A DNA stretch of 64,000 bases from a bacterium. Lineage in GTDB: Bacteria; UBA8248. The DNA is taken from contig CBDBZY010000018.1 in NCBI GenBank assembly GCA_965213685.1, forward strand, positions 576,001-640,000, read 5' to 3'. Below the pieces are notes generated by a model, which ran no database searches, was not told where the DNA came from, and saw nothing but the letters and a program-made list of their open reading frames with translations. Positions 26,734 through 41,500 of the stretch are shown piece by piece (positions within the stretch are counted from its first letter, which is position 1; every line of letters starts with the position of its first letter). A program made the position numbers and the translations under genes.

Positions 26734-28815
26734 CTGTCTCCAGGTCTGCCTGGACTGGCAGCCATAGCTTCTGCTTGTGGGTGAGTGTGCCTGTGACACT
26801 TGCATCTTCTGAGCACACCCATGACCTGTGGTCAGGGGATACCACTGCCAGGTGAGGGGATGGCTTGTCACACAGACACTCAAAGCCCATTTTGTGTGAT
26901 ACACTTAACGAGAGTTCACTACACACATCACTTATTCCCTGGCTTATGTCATTCCAGATCAGTGGTAGGAGCTCGGGAGAGCAGTTGCCATCCACATACA
27001 GAGAGTAGTGAGTGTTGTCCTCGATCAGAGTTATCCCGCCATCATCTTCAGCCAACGTGAAATGGAGCTCATTCTTGTAAAGGCGGGTTGGTTCTTCTGA
27101 GTGGTGAAGGGGAATCTGCCACTGGAATATGCCACGAGAGGACGTCATGTACACTATCAGGCAGCACAGGACACCACTAGGAACATGCCTACTGGAAAAT
27201 TTGATCCTTAGAGTAGCGGCAGCACCACCACTGGGCCTCACGATCTCACTGGAATCACGGCTGTCCAACAAGGAGGGCATGAAATACTTGGTGTCGCTTT
27301 CCTCTTGGACAGGGGCAATGATTAACAAGTGCTCCAGCACCCTTAAAAGTGTATCCACTACCACCTTTTCACCTTCACTGGTGATCTCTGATTGCAGGGA
27401 TTGGAGGAAGCTGGTTGTGATCAGGGCCTGGTTTCGGAGTCTTATCATCTCTTCTGATTGAACGTCACCTTCTGGAGCATCCATAACTTCAATGCTTCTT
27501 TCAAACACAGTGGTCATCCAGTCAAGTAGGGCCATGGGGTCAACAAAGATCACCTCCTTCACCACTGTGGGGAAGTAGAACATCAGGTTGACAGCATGAA
27601 AGAACTGCAGGGCTACTTCCATGGCTTCTTCCGATTCGAACATCAGCTGTTGAGCGATGACCCAGCACTTTGCTCTGCTCACAATTCTGCCTGCTCTCCG
27701 CAGTTCCACCTCCAGCAGGTAGTAGCCCAGGGGATACTTGAGTCGTATGCTCTGTCCACAGCTTTCAATCATCTGCAGCAGCTCTTCTGCCATTGGGTCT
27801 CGTGGGACTCCTGGACCAGACCCAGCATTGTTAACAGCGTGGATGATCTCATTGTGGGAATACTTAATGAGATATTTCTTGAATCTTTCCAGCATTGTTG
27901 CCAGCTTCCGATTCTTGTCTTCAAATGATTCACCTGATGCAAGCAATTTATCCTTGAACGTGCCAATCACCATGCTCTTTGGGTGCTCTGGCTGCTTCTC
28001 AATAAAGGACATTGGTAGCTGTGAGTGCTGACACTGTGTCATTTGCATGCATCGCATTATAAGCTCTGCATTTGTCAGAGTGAAGTGGCCAAGACTGTAG
28101 TTGGCGCCATTTGGTGCAAAATAGTCCACAGCTGGACGGTCATCTAGCTTATCAGAAAGCTTGAACAATTGTAGTCGAAGAAATGCATTCTTCATCAGAA
28201 TAGGGATCATCTCCATGAATTGTGGTTGGCCACCGCAGTCCACAAACAGGAGGAAGTGGGTCTTGAGTACCTCTCTGGACCCTTTCAACTTGGTCATCTT
28301 TCGGGCGATCTCAGCTGTGCGTGGGAGAATATCTGCCCTTGAAGCTGCAGAGGGTGTGGCCCTAATTTCAGATGTGGCAGATACTGCAGTAACTTGTGTA
28401 CTGCTGACAGCCTCCCCTTCTTCCTTTGGCAGCTGCTGAGGCTTGGCTTGTGCTTCTTCACTGCTGGACCCAGCCTGGCCTATTTGCTGGCTGCTGACTT
28501 GTACTACTGAAGTGCTTGGCTCTTCTTCTGTGATGGAGACACCGGCTGAAAGATTCTCGGCTATCATGTCCACCATATCTGAAGGACTTATTTGCCGACA
28601 CTTAAGGTGCTGTCCATCCACCTTTTCCATGATGAACCTCTTGGCCTGTTCCATGCAGGCTGTGCTGGTACGAGCAGGTGGTAGGGTCTCGTTGCATAGG
28701 AAATGCCCCAGAGACGTCTTCCCCACACCAGGAGCACCGCTAACAGCGCATATGGTGTAGTCTGCCAAAACATGACCCTTCTGTAGTTGTCGCAGTAATT
28801 CCTGAGTGAATATGT
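26734..28815 (-). CDS. Large exon encoding Roc-like P-loop GTPase plus COR domain (ROCO-like)
   Basis: G1 GAPGVGKT, G2 RTST, G3 DCGGQPQF, G4 VIGTFKD; COR-like YPLGYYLLEVEL...ALQFFHAVNLMFYFP..VIFVDP..LL and YFMPSLL; 2082 nt open, AG/GT-bounded, phase 1 to 1, so it needs an upstream exon. Confidence 0.9.
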
Positions 28816-29811
28816 CTGTTCATGTAAAAGGAAGTAGCAATACTAACGGTAAGGGCAGGCAAAATCCAGTATAAGTGCTAAGTGTAGTAAGCAGATGCGG
28901 CACTGCCTGCACTTTATATTCACACTATAATTTTTGGGGGGTTATTCCGATGTCAGAGTATTGTGTTTACAGTGCAGTAGTGTGATTGTCCGCCGTTACT
29001 GCATGGCGCTTCGAACGGCACGGTCGTAAAAATAGCGTTCGTACCCGCACTCTCCGCGGTCTTCCGCAGATTGGGCGTGGCCTGCTTTGGCCTCTGCCTT
29101 CGCAGCTGCGTCTTTGGAAATAGCAGAACGCTTATATATGAGAGCTTTACGTCCCTTGGCGTGTTGAAGGAAGTAGCGCAGGCATCAACGCAGCATATAG
29201 CGCATGCGGAACGAGGTTGAACGTGACATTTTGCTCATGGGCGATTATTGACTTTTTACTCACACCCTGAGGGTCAAGGTTCACAATTAAGACCACCTTG
29301 AAGCTGGTAACAGGTGTCAAACAACGTGAAGAAGGACGATCGCGCGTTTCATGAGCGGCCAGAATGATTACTGACGCCGAACTCAGAACGACTGACAGTA
29401 CGGACAATGGACTGCCTTTACCCGAAACCCTCACAGAGCAAAATTGTAAGTATAGTATCTATGGATTGCGTGGGAACTTCACCGCTAAACTCCAAGTTGT
29501 GACCAAGCCTTCGTGTGGCTCTCTCATGCATTGGCGTATGAGAGGCATAAATATTGGGGAGGCTGACAGAGCGCAAAGCCTTTAAACACTTTGGGGAGGA
29601 GCTTATTATTATATGTCAACAAGAATCAGGCCTAAAATATTGGGAGGACTCTGCCCCCTCCAGAAAAATATTGGGGGGGCTCCAGCTCCCCCCCTTCCTA
29701 CGCCTATGCTATGTGTGTGTGGCAGTTGAAGAGTTACTATGCTACGTGTGTGTGGCAGTTGAAGAGTTACTGTAAGCCATCAGTGTGTTTTGGAATGTTG
29801 TGATACATGTC

Positions 29812-30298
29812 GATCCCTAGCGGGATTCTGACGGCACGTACAGAGTGATATTGAGAATTGTGAGGGCTGGCTGTCGCACTGTGGCCATAGCTCAGGTGGT
29901 AGAGCACTGACAGCTAAAGTCAGATGTCCCCGGTTCAATCCCGGGTGGCTGCCAGTTTTTCACGGTTCTCTAAAATATTCCCAAGCCTTTCCTCATGTAT
30001 AACGTAGCTTGTGTGTTGTGTTCAGTGGCTCCCTAGAGGGAGACCCAGCTTCACATGCTCTGCTATGAATACATGTATTTCACTCAGTATGGCTCCTCCC
30101 CTGATGGAGAGGAGTTACCGGTTGATCCCTAGCACATACAGACTGATATTGAGAATTGTGAGGGCTGGCTGTCACCCAGTGGCCATAGCTCAGGTGGTAG
30201 AGCACTGACAGCTAAAGTTAGAGGCCCCGGTTCTATCCCAGGTGGCTGCTGGTTTTTCACGGTTCTCTAAAAATATTCCCAAGCCTTTCCTCATGTAA
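29812..30298 (+). mobile_element. Two tandem tRNA-derived SINE-like copies (tRNA-like cores 29881-29953, 30179-30250)
   Basis: tagctcaggtggtagagc A box, ggttcaatccc B box, shared tail ttttcacggttctctaaaatattcccaagcctttcctcatgta; inverted partial copy at 8232-8295. Confidence 0.75.
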
Positions 30299-30326
30299 CT
30301 GCTTTGCTGTGCAATTTTCAAGCTGC

Positions 30327-30387
<61 letters not shown>

Positions 30388-30681
30388 CAACAAGATAATT
30401 TCATCTGCATTTCTCTCTCTCTAACGAGAAAAGCTGAGTGGATAAACTGGCTTAACACACAATCCTCACAGAATTGGTTTTCGACTGAAACAAGATAAAG
30501 GTACAGATGACCACACCCACTGGGTGGAGTCAATATGGAGGGCCACCTGCAGTGATAGAACCTCCGTTCAGGTGAGTGAGTGGTAGAGCATCCCCCCACT
30601 TTCCTCTTCACCTGTCCCCCTCCCTCCCTCCATCCCTCCCTCTCCTCCGTCCCTTTCTCCCTCCCTCCCTCTCTGACTCAG

Positions 30682-30751
30682 GCTTTGAAGTCTCTCCCCT
30701 ACCCCTACTCCACCACTTGGAGTGGCTCTACCTGGGAGGAAACAAGATCCA
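30682..30751 (+). pseudogene. Isolated leucine-rich-repeat exon relic (second, stop-containing copy at ~35129-35189)
   Basis: AG/GT-bounded, LHHLEWLYLGGNKIQ = LxxLxLxxNxI. Confidence 0.65.
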
Positions 30752-31748
30752 GGTAGCCACCCACCTTCCTTCCCACCCTCTCCCTCCCTCCCTCCCTCCC
30801 TCCCTCTCCCTTCCTTTTTTTTCTACCCTTTCCTCTCACTCTCTCCTTCCCTCCCTCCCTCTCTCCTCTCTCCATCCATTCCTCCTTCCCTCCCTCCCTC
30901 TCTCCTCTTTCCCTCCCTCCCTCTCTCCTCTCTCCCTCTCTCCTCTCTCCCTCCCTCCCTCCCTCCCTTTCTCTACCCCCCCTCCCTCCCTCTCCACCTT
31001 GGCACCTTCACCCACACAAACTCTCTAACACATACATACTTGCATGACAATTCCTAAACCACAAGCCACTGCTGTCTTCCTAATAAGGCACACCATAGAG
31101 CCACCAGTTGTGTGTGTGCATGTGCTGAGGAGCTTCAGTGTATGTGTGTGCATGTGTGTGCATGGAGGGGAAACAGAGGAGGGGTAGGGAGTCTCTGTCC
31201 TTGCACTCATTTCTAGACAGGCTGCATGCATATATGCCATCCGCAACTGGAGAGCACTGGTCTGGGAACCAGACTCACCATTTGAAGATTGTTTACAAAC
31301 TAGAGCAAGAAGATTAAGTTGGTGAATGAGCCTCACTCATTATCATGATGAGTACTGCTCTACTGTGTGCAAGTGAGCTCTAAATGGTGAGTCTGGTTCC
31401 CAGACCACTGCCCTCCATTCGTGGACCAAGTTCTCCTCATAGTGCATGCATGTGCACCATGTCTGGAAACAAGTGCAAAGTCTGAGAATGAGGCTGCAGA
31501 GGGTGATCAGAGTAGGCATTTCGTGATGGCAAGTCTTCCAGTGTTCTCCGCAGAGTCACTCTCTCGATATGTGTGTACATGTATGCTTAATTAGCTAGCC
31601 AAGTATTCCAGTTGAGTCCAGTGTTTCTACACTTCCGTTCTGTCTGCCTGTCTGTCTGTCTCTGTCTCCCCATCCATCTGTTTGTCTGTTCTGCTGTCCC
31701 TATTGGAACTCTCTCTGCCTTTCATATTTCTTTGCCTTCTCACCACAG

Positions 31749-32043
31749 AACAAGTATAGATGTGCCACTTCATTTTGATGGTGGGTCAGTGGAATCTCCC
31801 GACTACAAGTGTGGCTACAAGTAGACTGCAGGCAAGTATAGCAGCCTTTCATGCAGCCACAGAGAGCAAGCAGTGGCTATCCTCTCAGAGTGAGTGGTTC
31901 TGGTGAGATACATGTTCACTGCACACCTCAATCACTGATACTTGTCCACTGCAGTGGCTGTTCTCAGCTGCATTGACGGGTGGGAAGAGACAGTGAGGAA
32001 GGAATTAATGAAGCTCAGACAAGAAACATTGTTGATGTCATGA
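31749..32043 (+). pseudogene. Two terminal-exon relics of an unidentified plus-strand gene (duplicate at ~36866-37164)
   Basis: cag|..TSIDVPLHFDGGSVESPDYKCGYK(*/Y)TA|gcaagt and cag|..AVLSCIDGWEETVRKELMKLRQETLLMS*; first copy has an in-frame TAG. Confidence 0.45.
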
Positions 32044-32889
32044 CTGCTTTTAAATTCATTGTGAATGTATGCTGTTATGTACATGTACATGTAATTTCTC
32101 CTGCTTCCTCTCCCATTTCCTGCGCGCGCAACATACCCACGTATGCGGTTCACAGTGGCGTATGAGTACTGATATACCATAGATAATGCACTCGTGTGAA
32201 TAGCACATATCCTGTGGTACGTGCGTGTGTTGATGCGTAGCTCCACTGATAAAGTGGTTATGGAACAATGACTGTTTCCAAAGTGATCCAAATCAACGTG
32301 TGAAGACGTGAACTTCCAAGATGTTAGAGAGACTTACAATGATGTACGCGTACCGCGTACTGCCGCGAGTGAGCTGCATAAGACGATCTTCCAGCTTGCT
32401 GCCCTCACAGCTGCGCCTTTGGAAATAGCACAACGCTTATTGGGGCGAGCCGGTGACGGGGTATGTAACGGATAATTAAATATTCATAAACTTTGTGTAG
32501 CGCTACTGACCAGAAGAATTACGTTACAGAGCTTTGTAAGGCAACATTCGAAAGGTCAAGGAATGCACGTTTATACACACACCTTTACAAGACCTGTTCA
32601 CAACACAGGAATGTAGAATTGAAGCATGAAAAGCGAGTAGTGAGAAGTGTTTTCCACGTCAATTCTAGCCACAGTCACACTGTGGTAGCTGCGCAAACCA
32701 ACACATACCGTTTGCTGTTGATCCCCACCAGGGCTAGAATCACCTCGTTCGCTTTATATGCAAGCGGTGGCTATGTGAGGGTCTCGTTTCCCCCGCGCGC
32801 GCTGATATTCTTCGCGATCTTTACAGTTCAGCAGCGTGTAGTTGCTAAACCGTAGTTGTATTGAAATTTTTACATTCCTGCCCTAGCCC

Positions 32890-32958
32890 TAGTCTCGCGA
32901 GCCACCGTGTACGCATGCGCGCGTGCGTACACGGAAGTACGTCTGGCTCGCGAGACTA
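32890..32958. mobile_element. 69-bp palindromic MITE with TAG...CTA ends (Academ-like termini)
   Basis: tagtctcgcgagcca...tggctcgcgagacta; degenerate relative at ~45596-45655. Confidence 0.55.
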
Positions 32959-32989
32959 TATACCCTAGCCGTGTGTCCTAGCCCTGTGT

Positions 32990-33960
<971 letters not shown>

Positions 33961-34535
33961 GGAATACGAGCAATATACGGTCCAAATTTGCCTGAAGCGA
34001 ACAAAAATTGACGTGGAAAAGTTGCGTTGCCCGTAAATCGCCACCTTATAGCTTAACGAACCCCACCCGGTCTGCGCTGTATATATCGTACTTTTGTCAC
34101 CTTCTGAAGGCGCATGCGTACGATTTAAATTCAAAAGCGGCACGTGGTAAATGACATTGAAGTTCATCACATTGAAGTTCAAAGGTCGACGTGTGTGCGA
34201 ACAACTGACTCCTGGCGGCAGCGTCGCATCATGAACCCGGAGCAGAGAAGAGAAGCAAGGCTGAGCCGTAGAAGAGAAGGCGAGAGAGAACGTCGCGCCC
34301 TCCGAAACTGCTGAGGAAAGGGAAACGCGGTTATGTAAGCGATGAGCGAGAGATAGAGCTCGACGAGGGACTTACAGCAGAGAAGAGAGCAGGTGCTACG
34401 TGAGACTGTAGAGGAAAGAGAGATCCGCTTTCAGCGAATGCGCCTTAATGAGATTGGTTTCTGAGACACAAGAGGAGAGGGAGACCCGCCTTGAACGAAT
34501 GCTGGCATCTGAGACTCCTGAGGACAGACGCTGAA
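33961..34535 (+). mobile_element. Helitron 5' remnant with STPR-like repeats
   Basis: From ATG at 34231: MNPEQRREARLSRRRE..ETAEERETRL..ETVEEREIRF..ETQEERETRLERM..SETPED, with frameshifts and stops. Confidence 0.6.
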
Positions 34536-34998
34536 CTCGGAACGACTGAGTACGGACAATGGTAGCTATGAGACTACATGTACTGCTGCATAGGAAACCC
34601 TCACAGAGCAAGATTGCGTGGGAACTCACTGCTATACTCCAAGTTGTGACCAAGCCTTCGTTTGGCTCTGTGTGTATGTGGCAGTTGAAGAGTTTCTGTA
34701 AGCCATCAGTGTCACTGTGTGTGTTTGAATGTTGTAGATACTGTAGGCCATCACTGTGTTTCATACACGTACATGTACATGTATACATGTACGTTGAGTG
34801 CAGGCCACTCAGGAGGGGCACCTAGTGCTGTGAGTGATTGAGGGTGTACCAGAGAAACCTTGTTTTGTTTGAGAGTGATGTTGCATGAAGGTCTGGGTAG
34901 TGGGAGCTTTGGTTTCAGCATACAGCTTGGAAGTTTGTACATGTGTCTCTATAACTGATTATTCATGTTAACTGCTTCACTGTACAACTTTCAAGCTA

Positions 34999-35044
<46 letters not shown>

Positions 35045-35492
35045 ACAAGATAACCTGTCCCCCTCCCTCCCTCCATCCCTCCCTCTCCCCCTCCCTCCTT
35101 CCATCCCTCCCTCCCTCTCTGGCTCAGGCTTTGAAGTCTCTCTCCACTACCACTTGGAGTAGCTCTACCTGGGAGGAAACAAGATCCAGGTAGCCACCCA
35201 CCTTCCTTCCCACACTCTCCCTCCCTCTCTCCTTCTCCCTTCCCTTGCTCTTTCTGTCCTTTCCTCTCTCTCTCCCTTCCTCCCTCCCTCCCTCCGTCTC
35301 TCCCTCTCTCCCTCCCTCCTTCCCTCTCTCCCTCCCTCCCTCCCTCCCTCCCTCCCCGCCTTCACCCATGCAAGCTCTCCAACACATGCACACATATGAC
35401 AATTCCTAAACCACAAGCCACTGCTCTCTTCCTAATAAGGCACACCCATACAGCCACCAGTTGTGTGTGTGTGTGCATGTGCTGAGGTGCTT

Positions 35493-35608
<116 letters not shown>

Positions 35609-35736
35609 AAGGGAAACAGAGGAGGGGTAGGGAGGAGAATGTACATGTACATGGGCCTCTTCCTACTAGGCGTGCTAATCTGTCCTCATGCATATACATG
35701 TACTGCACCATGCAACAAAATTGTCTGTGTGTGTGT

Positions 35737-35784
<48 letters not shown>

Positions 35785-35985
35785 TCTGATCCCTCACCCG
35801 GCCCTCACTTCACTCCTCACAGATGCTGGATATCCTGGAACAATCCAGAGGTTATGTATGTGAGGCAGTCTATTTGCTGCCCACCGACCCATATTTATGA
35901 GCAATCGATGACTGAGACACAGATACACTGAAGGTTTCCTTTGCTTGACATTTTTCCACCTGTGCTTTCTCTTGTGTCTGTTTGA

Positions 35986-36591
35986 GAGTGTATAAATGCT
36001 GGACTGGACTGGACTGGATTACTAATTTAAGCATGCAAGTGTATTGGGACTTGGGAGAGTGGTCTGCGGGAACACTGGAAGACTTGCCATCACTTAATGC
36101 CCACTCTGGTCACCCTTTGCAGCCTCATTCTCAGGCCTTGCACTCATTTCCAGACAGAAAAAAGCTACACATACACTGTACACATACGCTATGAGGAGAG
36201 ATTGGTCTGCAAATGAAGAGCACTGGTCTGGGAACCAGATCTCACCATTTAGAGACTGTTTACACACTAGGCAAGAAAATTTGGTTGGTGAACGAGCCTC
36301 ACTCGTAACTGTAATGAGTACTGTTCTACTGTGTGCAGGTGAGCTCTAAATGGTGAGTCTGGTTCCCAGACCAGTGCTCTCCATTCGTGGACCAAGTTCT
36401 CCTCATAGTGCATGCATGTGCATCATGTCTGGAAACAAGTGCAAAGTCTGAGAATGAGGCTGCAGAGGGTGATCAAAGTGGGCATTTCATGATGGCAAGT
36501 CTTCCAGTGTTCTCCGCAGACCACTCTCAATACGCGTGCATGCTTAATTAGCTAGTCCAGTATTCCAGTCCAGTCCATAGTTTATACACTC
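35986..36591. mobile_element. ~600-bp foldback (nearly fully palindromic) element with (CTGGA)n subtermini
   Basis: gagtgtataaa / tttatacactc ends; arms pair for ~260 bp to ccagatctcaccatttagag / ctctaaatggtgagtctgg; truncated copy at 31200-31633. Confidence 0.85.
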
Positions 36592-38308
36592 CAGTTCAGT
36601 TTGCCAGTCTCTCTCTCTGTCTGCCTGCCAGTCTGTCTATCTCTCTGCCTGTCTCTCTGTCTGTCTGTCTCTGTCTCACTGTCTGTCTGTTGTCTGTTCT
36701 GCTGTCTATTGGTTTCTACACTCTCGTTCTGTTTGCTTGTCTGCCTGTCTGTCTGCCAGTCTCCCTGTCTGTCTGGCTCTGTCTCCCCGTCCATCTGTTT
36801 GTCTGTTCTGCTGTCCCTATTGGAACTCTCTCTGCCTTTCATATTTCTTTTCCTTCTCACCACAGAACAAGTATAGATGTGCCACTTCATTTTGATGGTG
36901 GGTCAGTGGAATCTCCTGACTACAAGTGTGGCTACAAGTACACTGCAGGCAAGTATAGCAGCCTTTCATGCAGCCACAGAGAGCAAGTGGTGGCTATCCT
37001 CTCAGAGTGAGTGGTTCTGGTGAGATACATGTTCACTGCACACCTCAATCACTGGTATATACTTGTCCACTGCAGTGGCTGTTCTCAGCTGCATTGATGG
37101 GTGGGAAGAGACAGTGAGGAAGGAATTACTGAAGCTCAGACAAGAAACATTGCTGACATCATGACTGCTTTTAAATTCATTGTGAATGTATGCTGTTATG
37201 TACATATACATGTAATTAATTTTCTCCTGCCACTTCCTGCGCAACATACCGCGTATAAAGGGCTCACAGTGGCGTTTAACTCCATGAGTACTGATATACA
37301 TGTACAAGTGCCATAGATATCCCATGGATGGGACTTTGAACTCGTGGGAATAGCAGATCCTTTGGTACGTTTGTTGATGCGTAGCTCCACGGACGAAGAA
37401 GGAAAGATTGACATAAAAACGATGGCCGTTTCGAAAAAGATCAAAGTGTGAAGACGTGCGTTTCCAAGACGTTAGAGACTTACCTGTACGCGTACCGCGT
37501 ACTGCCGCGGGTGAGCTGCATAAGATGATCTACCAGCTTGCTGGACACAAAGGCAGAAGCGGCATTTCAGGAACCGAGTAGTGAGTGTGTGCTCTCACTC
37601 TCACGCTGTTGACAGTCTCTCTCACTGACGGACGTTAGACATTAGACAGTGTTGGTGTCAGTCTTATACATGTCTACTCACTTGCTCTGCATACGCACAT
37701 TATGCATACATATTGCTGTACATGTACATGTTACGTTGTCTCTACTACTGCTACATGTACCATCTTTCATTTTCTTCTTATACCTCATTCCTCTACCTCA
37801 AACTTTGTCTATTCTATTCCTATTCCTATCACATATTGAGAGCCGCTAGTTATATGCACGTCTTGCGTATGCATGCACATTTCTATTTACTCTCCCTCCC
37901 TCCCTCCCTCCTCACTATCTCTGTCCTTCTCATTGACAAGGACATTTTGATATTTTAGTGTTACTGCCAGTCAAAAGAATGTTCCAACATACACATATAC
38001 ATGTAAATCCTGTTGGAGAACAATGCTCTCTTGTCAGACTGTACTAACTGTTGTTAACTGTGATGTCATCTGTGTGTCTCTTTATAGCATGTATAGTGAT
38101 GTAATGGTGTAGGCTTATTTAGAACTTTGTGTTGGCTGTGTAGTTCCAGCCACATGTTCATAAGAGTCAGTGCAATCACTAATTGTCAAAGCCGAGTCAG
38201 TCGCAAGTGCTTCTCTTTGCAACATACCCATCCCTTAATTACACCATTCACATTTCACTTGGTATATTCCTTCCCCACAACCACATGCGTGCATACACAC
38301 ACACACAC

Positions 38309-38399
<91 letters not shown>

Positions 38400-38599
38400 T
38401 ACAAGATACAACCCCCTGTGACACCTTACCTTTTACCTTCACCTTCAGCTGATACCAATTCTTCCTCTTCCTTCCCCCACTTCCCCCCTTTGTTCCTCAT
38501 CCTTACCTTTCTCCCTCTCCTGCTCACCCACCAAGATAAGATACTATTCCAACTATGTCCCTGCCCCATGCTGTGATGAGCTAGTGAGGTGGTGCCTAC

Positions 38600-41500
38600 C
38601 TTCACTCTCTCTCCTCTGCCGTTCTTCCTCCAACTTGGACCCACTCAGGACATTAGTTAGTGTCCACTTATCTTCCTCTTCACACTCTGCAGTGGAGGCA
38701 GAGATACATGTGCAGTTACCTAGGCAACCCTCTTGCCAGTAATTAGTGCAGTACTCCTCCCTCTGCCCACAGAGGAGATCACATTACATCATCCACTCAC
38801 ACCTGACATCCTGTGCATAGTGCACTATGTACCCACAGGGAGGACATGCCACAGCCTTGTACATGTACATACCATCTCACCACATCTCCTACTGCTACTG
38901 CTGCCCACAGCATCACTCCACAGTGAGCAGTGTGGCCAGTCCCCCACTCCACTCACTGCCACAGTGCCCATCATGCTGCCTACCACACTCACTCCACTCA
39001 CCAAACTCCAGGACTGTGGTGTCAGAGAGCAGCGGCCAGTCATTCCATGAGGCATACTTGTTAGGGTTATCGGAGACTCCAGCCACAGCCACCACCAACT
39101 TCTTTGTAGGAGTGAGGTGGAGCACTCCACCACCATGCCCATACCGTGGAGTCAGGGATCCTGGGGGAAGGAGTACCTGTAGGGAGGGGAACAGGAGAAC
39201 ACTCAAATGTACAGCAGTCCACACAATTGTCTGCTACTCCACTGCTTACTGTTGGCTGCCAGTGGAAGTGTGTTGTGTATTATCTCAAAGGCTGCACATC
39301 ACCTCCAACACACCCACTGCCTTCACTGCTGTCCAGTAATGGAGCAGCCCATTCCTCACTACTCTCTTCCTCTCCATACCACACAACTCTACACCACATG
39401 ACTTCTCTACATGCACTGCACACACTGCCATATGCTCTCCATATGCCAACCTCTATCCACTCACATGCCACACCTACTCACCTGGGTTGGCTGCACAGGA
39501 CAATACCACACACACCACAACACACCATCACTACTGGTATAGGGGCAGGCTTACAAGGGGAAGTGTTCAGCTGAGCACTAGCCACACATGCAGTGTGAAG
39601 GTCATTGCCACACAACAGCTCCACTAAGGGGACATCAACACACTCACTGCCTCATGAGCTCACAGCTCACTCACCTCCTCCCACTGGATGGCATTAATAT
39701 TGAAGAGCCACACATCTCCCAGTGGCTCAAATGAGCTGCTCAGACCTCCCACCATCACCATACATGGGTGAAGTGGGTCTCTGTCTGGATCCCACAGACT
39801 GTAGGCTGTGTGGCTAGCCCTCTCCTCAGGCCATGGCTGGCCTGTCTGAGGTAGCACTGGTCCAGTCCAGTGCTGGAGAGGGAAAGCAATTTGAAAACAC
39901 TTTGAGAACATGTAATCCACTCACATATGCACATGCTCCAGCTCAGTAAGGCACCCTCCCCTCTCTACACTGCCTGTATGGGCTCACACTACTAGCTAGC
40001 CACACATGCCAGCCCATGTACATGGAACATGCACCTGCAAACCTCTTCTCCCATGCACACTAACTGACATGTACACTGTACATACATGTACACTGTATGT
40101 AGTCTACATGTAGATTCTGTCTCATCATGATAAGAGCAACATCTTGTCCACTACTCTATCAGTTACTATGCATGTACAGGCCACTATTGGGTCCCACCAG
40201 AGACAATATATTACTGTATGTATGCCCATATTCATGTGTGTATGCTCATATTCATGTACATGTGTGTGCATGTGATGGTGTCTTGTGCAGGGGACAGTGT
40301 CTCCTGTAGCACTGCTCTACATGTATGTACTGCCAGACCTGCCACTCCTCATTCCAACTCACAGGCCATGCTCCCCTCTCTACACTGGCTCATGGCTGAT
40401 GACTGAACATATGCTCTCTTCCCTGCACTGACTCATACCAGGTATCTAGGCCCACACTAGCCTCTCATCACATCATCGCAATCATATTACACTGATAGAT
40501 AAATGTACACACATGGAGAAGGCACTAATTATGTGTTTTATTGTTCAAACAACTGAACTACATAAGCAGTAGGCCACAGGTGATCTCAGACCGTACATGA
40601 TTAATTAGGTACAACTGTATCTCAGCCACTCACCCATGCCACAGTGTCCAGGATGAACACTGCATTTGTCCTCCTCCTCCTCTTCCCATCCCACCCACCA
40701 AACCACACGACTCTCCTCCTGTCCACTCTAGTGAGGGTGATGCCGTTAGATGGAGGAGGAGTCCTACCAGTGGTGGGTGGAGTGGACCACTGACCTGGAG
40801 GGGGAGGGAGGGAGTGGTCTGGGACTAGCCACACCCACTGGCCTGGGGACACTGCACACATAATCCACCAACACCCACCAGGTAAAGCACAAGGCACTCT
40901 GCTCCTTACAACCATCTACACCACTACATACTGACATGTACTAGTCAACATGTGAGGAGCTCTGCAATGCTCTCACTGTACTTGCTCTATTTGACTCTTT
41001 TACCATAAAATCGAACTCTGTTGCTGTTGGGGTAGGCGAATGGGAAATATGTAAACAATTAACTTCTTATTCACAGACTGTAGTGGTATTGTGGGCATGG
41101 GAGTGAATACAGTTCATAGTTGACACAGAAGAGGTGCCTGGCTCTGCAATGCTCTGACTGTACTTCATTTGAATATTTTACTATGAAATATTTTGTTGGG
41201 GCCAATGGGAACTATCTCAAATAAGTAAACATTGAAACTTCCTGTTTATCATAGACAGTGGTGTAGTGGTATTGTGGGCATGGGAATGAATACAATTCAT
41301 AGTTGACACAGAAGAGGTGCCTGGCTGACTGTCCAAACATGAGCATGCCAGGCTGATAGCCTGACATGATACAGGTACATACATGTACATAGCAGAGGGT
41401 GAGGGATGTGACTTGTGTTAAGCAGCACACATAGTCACATCATTTGCATGCCCACCTCATGTGGTGAGAGGTAGCATGTCTGTGCATATATGTATGCTAG

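Noticed and set aside
26734-28815. NACHT/NB-ARC (NLR) ATPase
   Set aside because: DxxGQ and TxKD motifs plus COR-like region indicate a Roc-type GTPase, not a STAND ATPase.
29881-29953. Functional amber-suppressor tRNA
   Set aside because: Lacks U33, weak acceptor stem, embedded in a repeated SINE-like unit.
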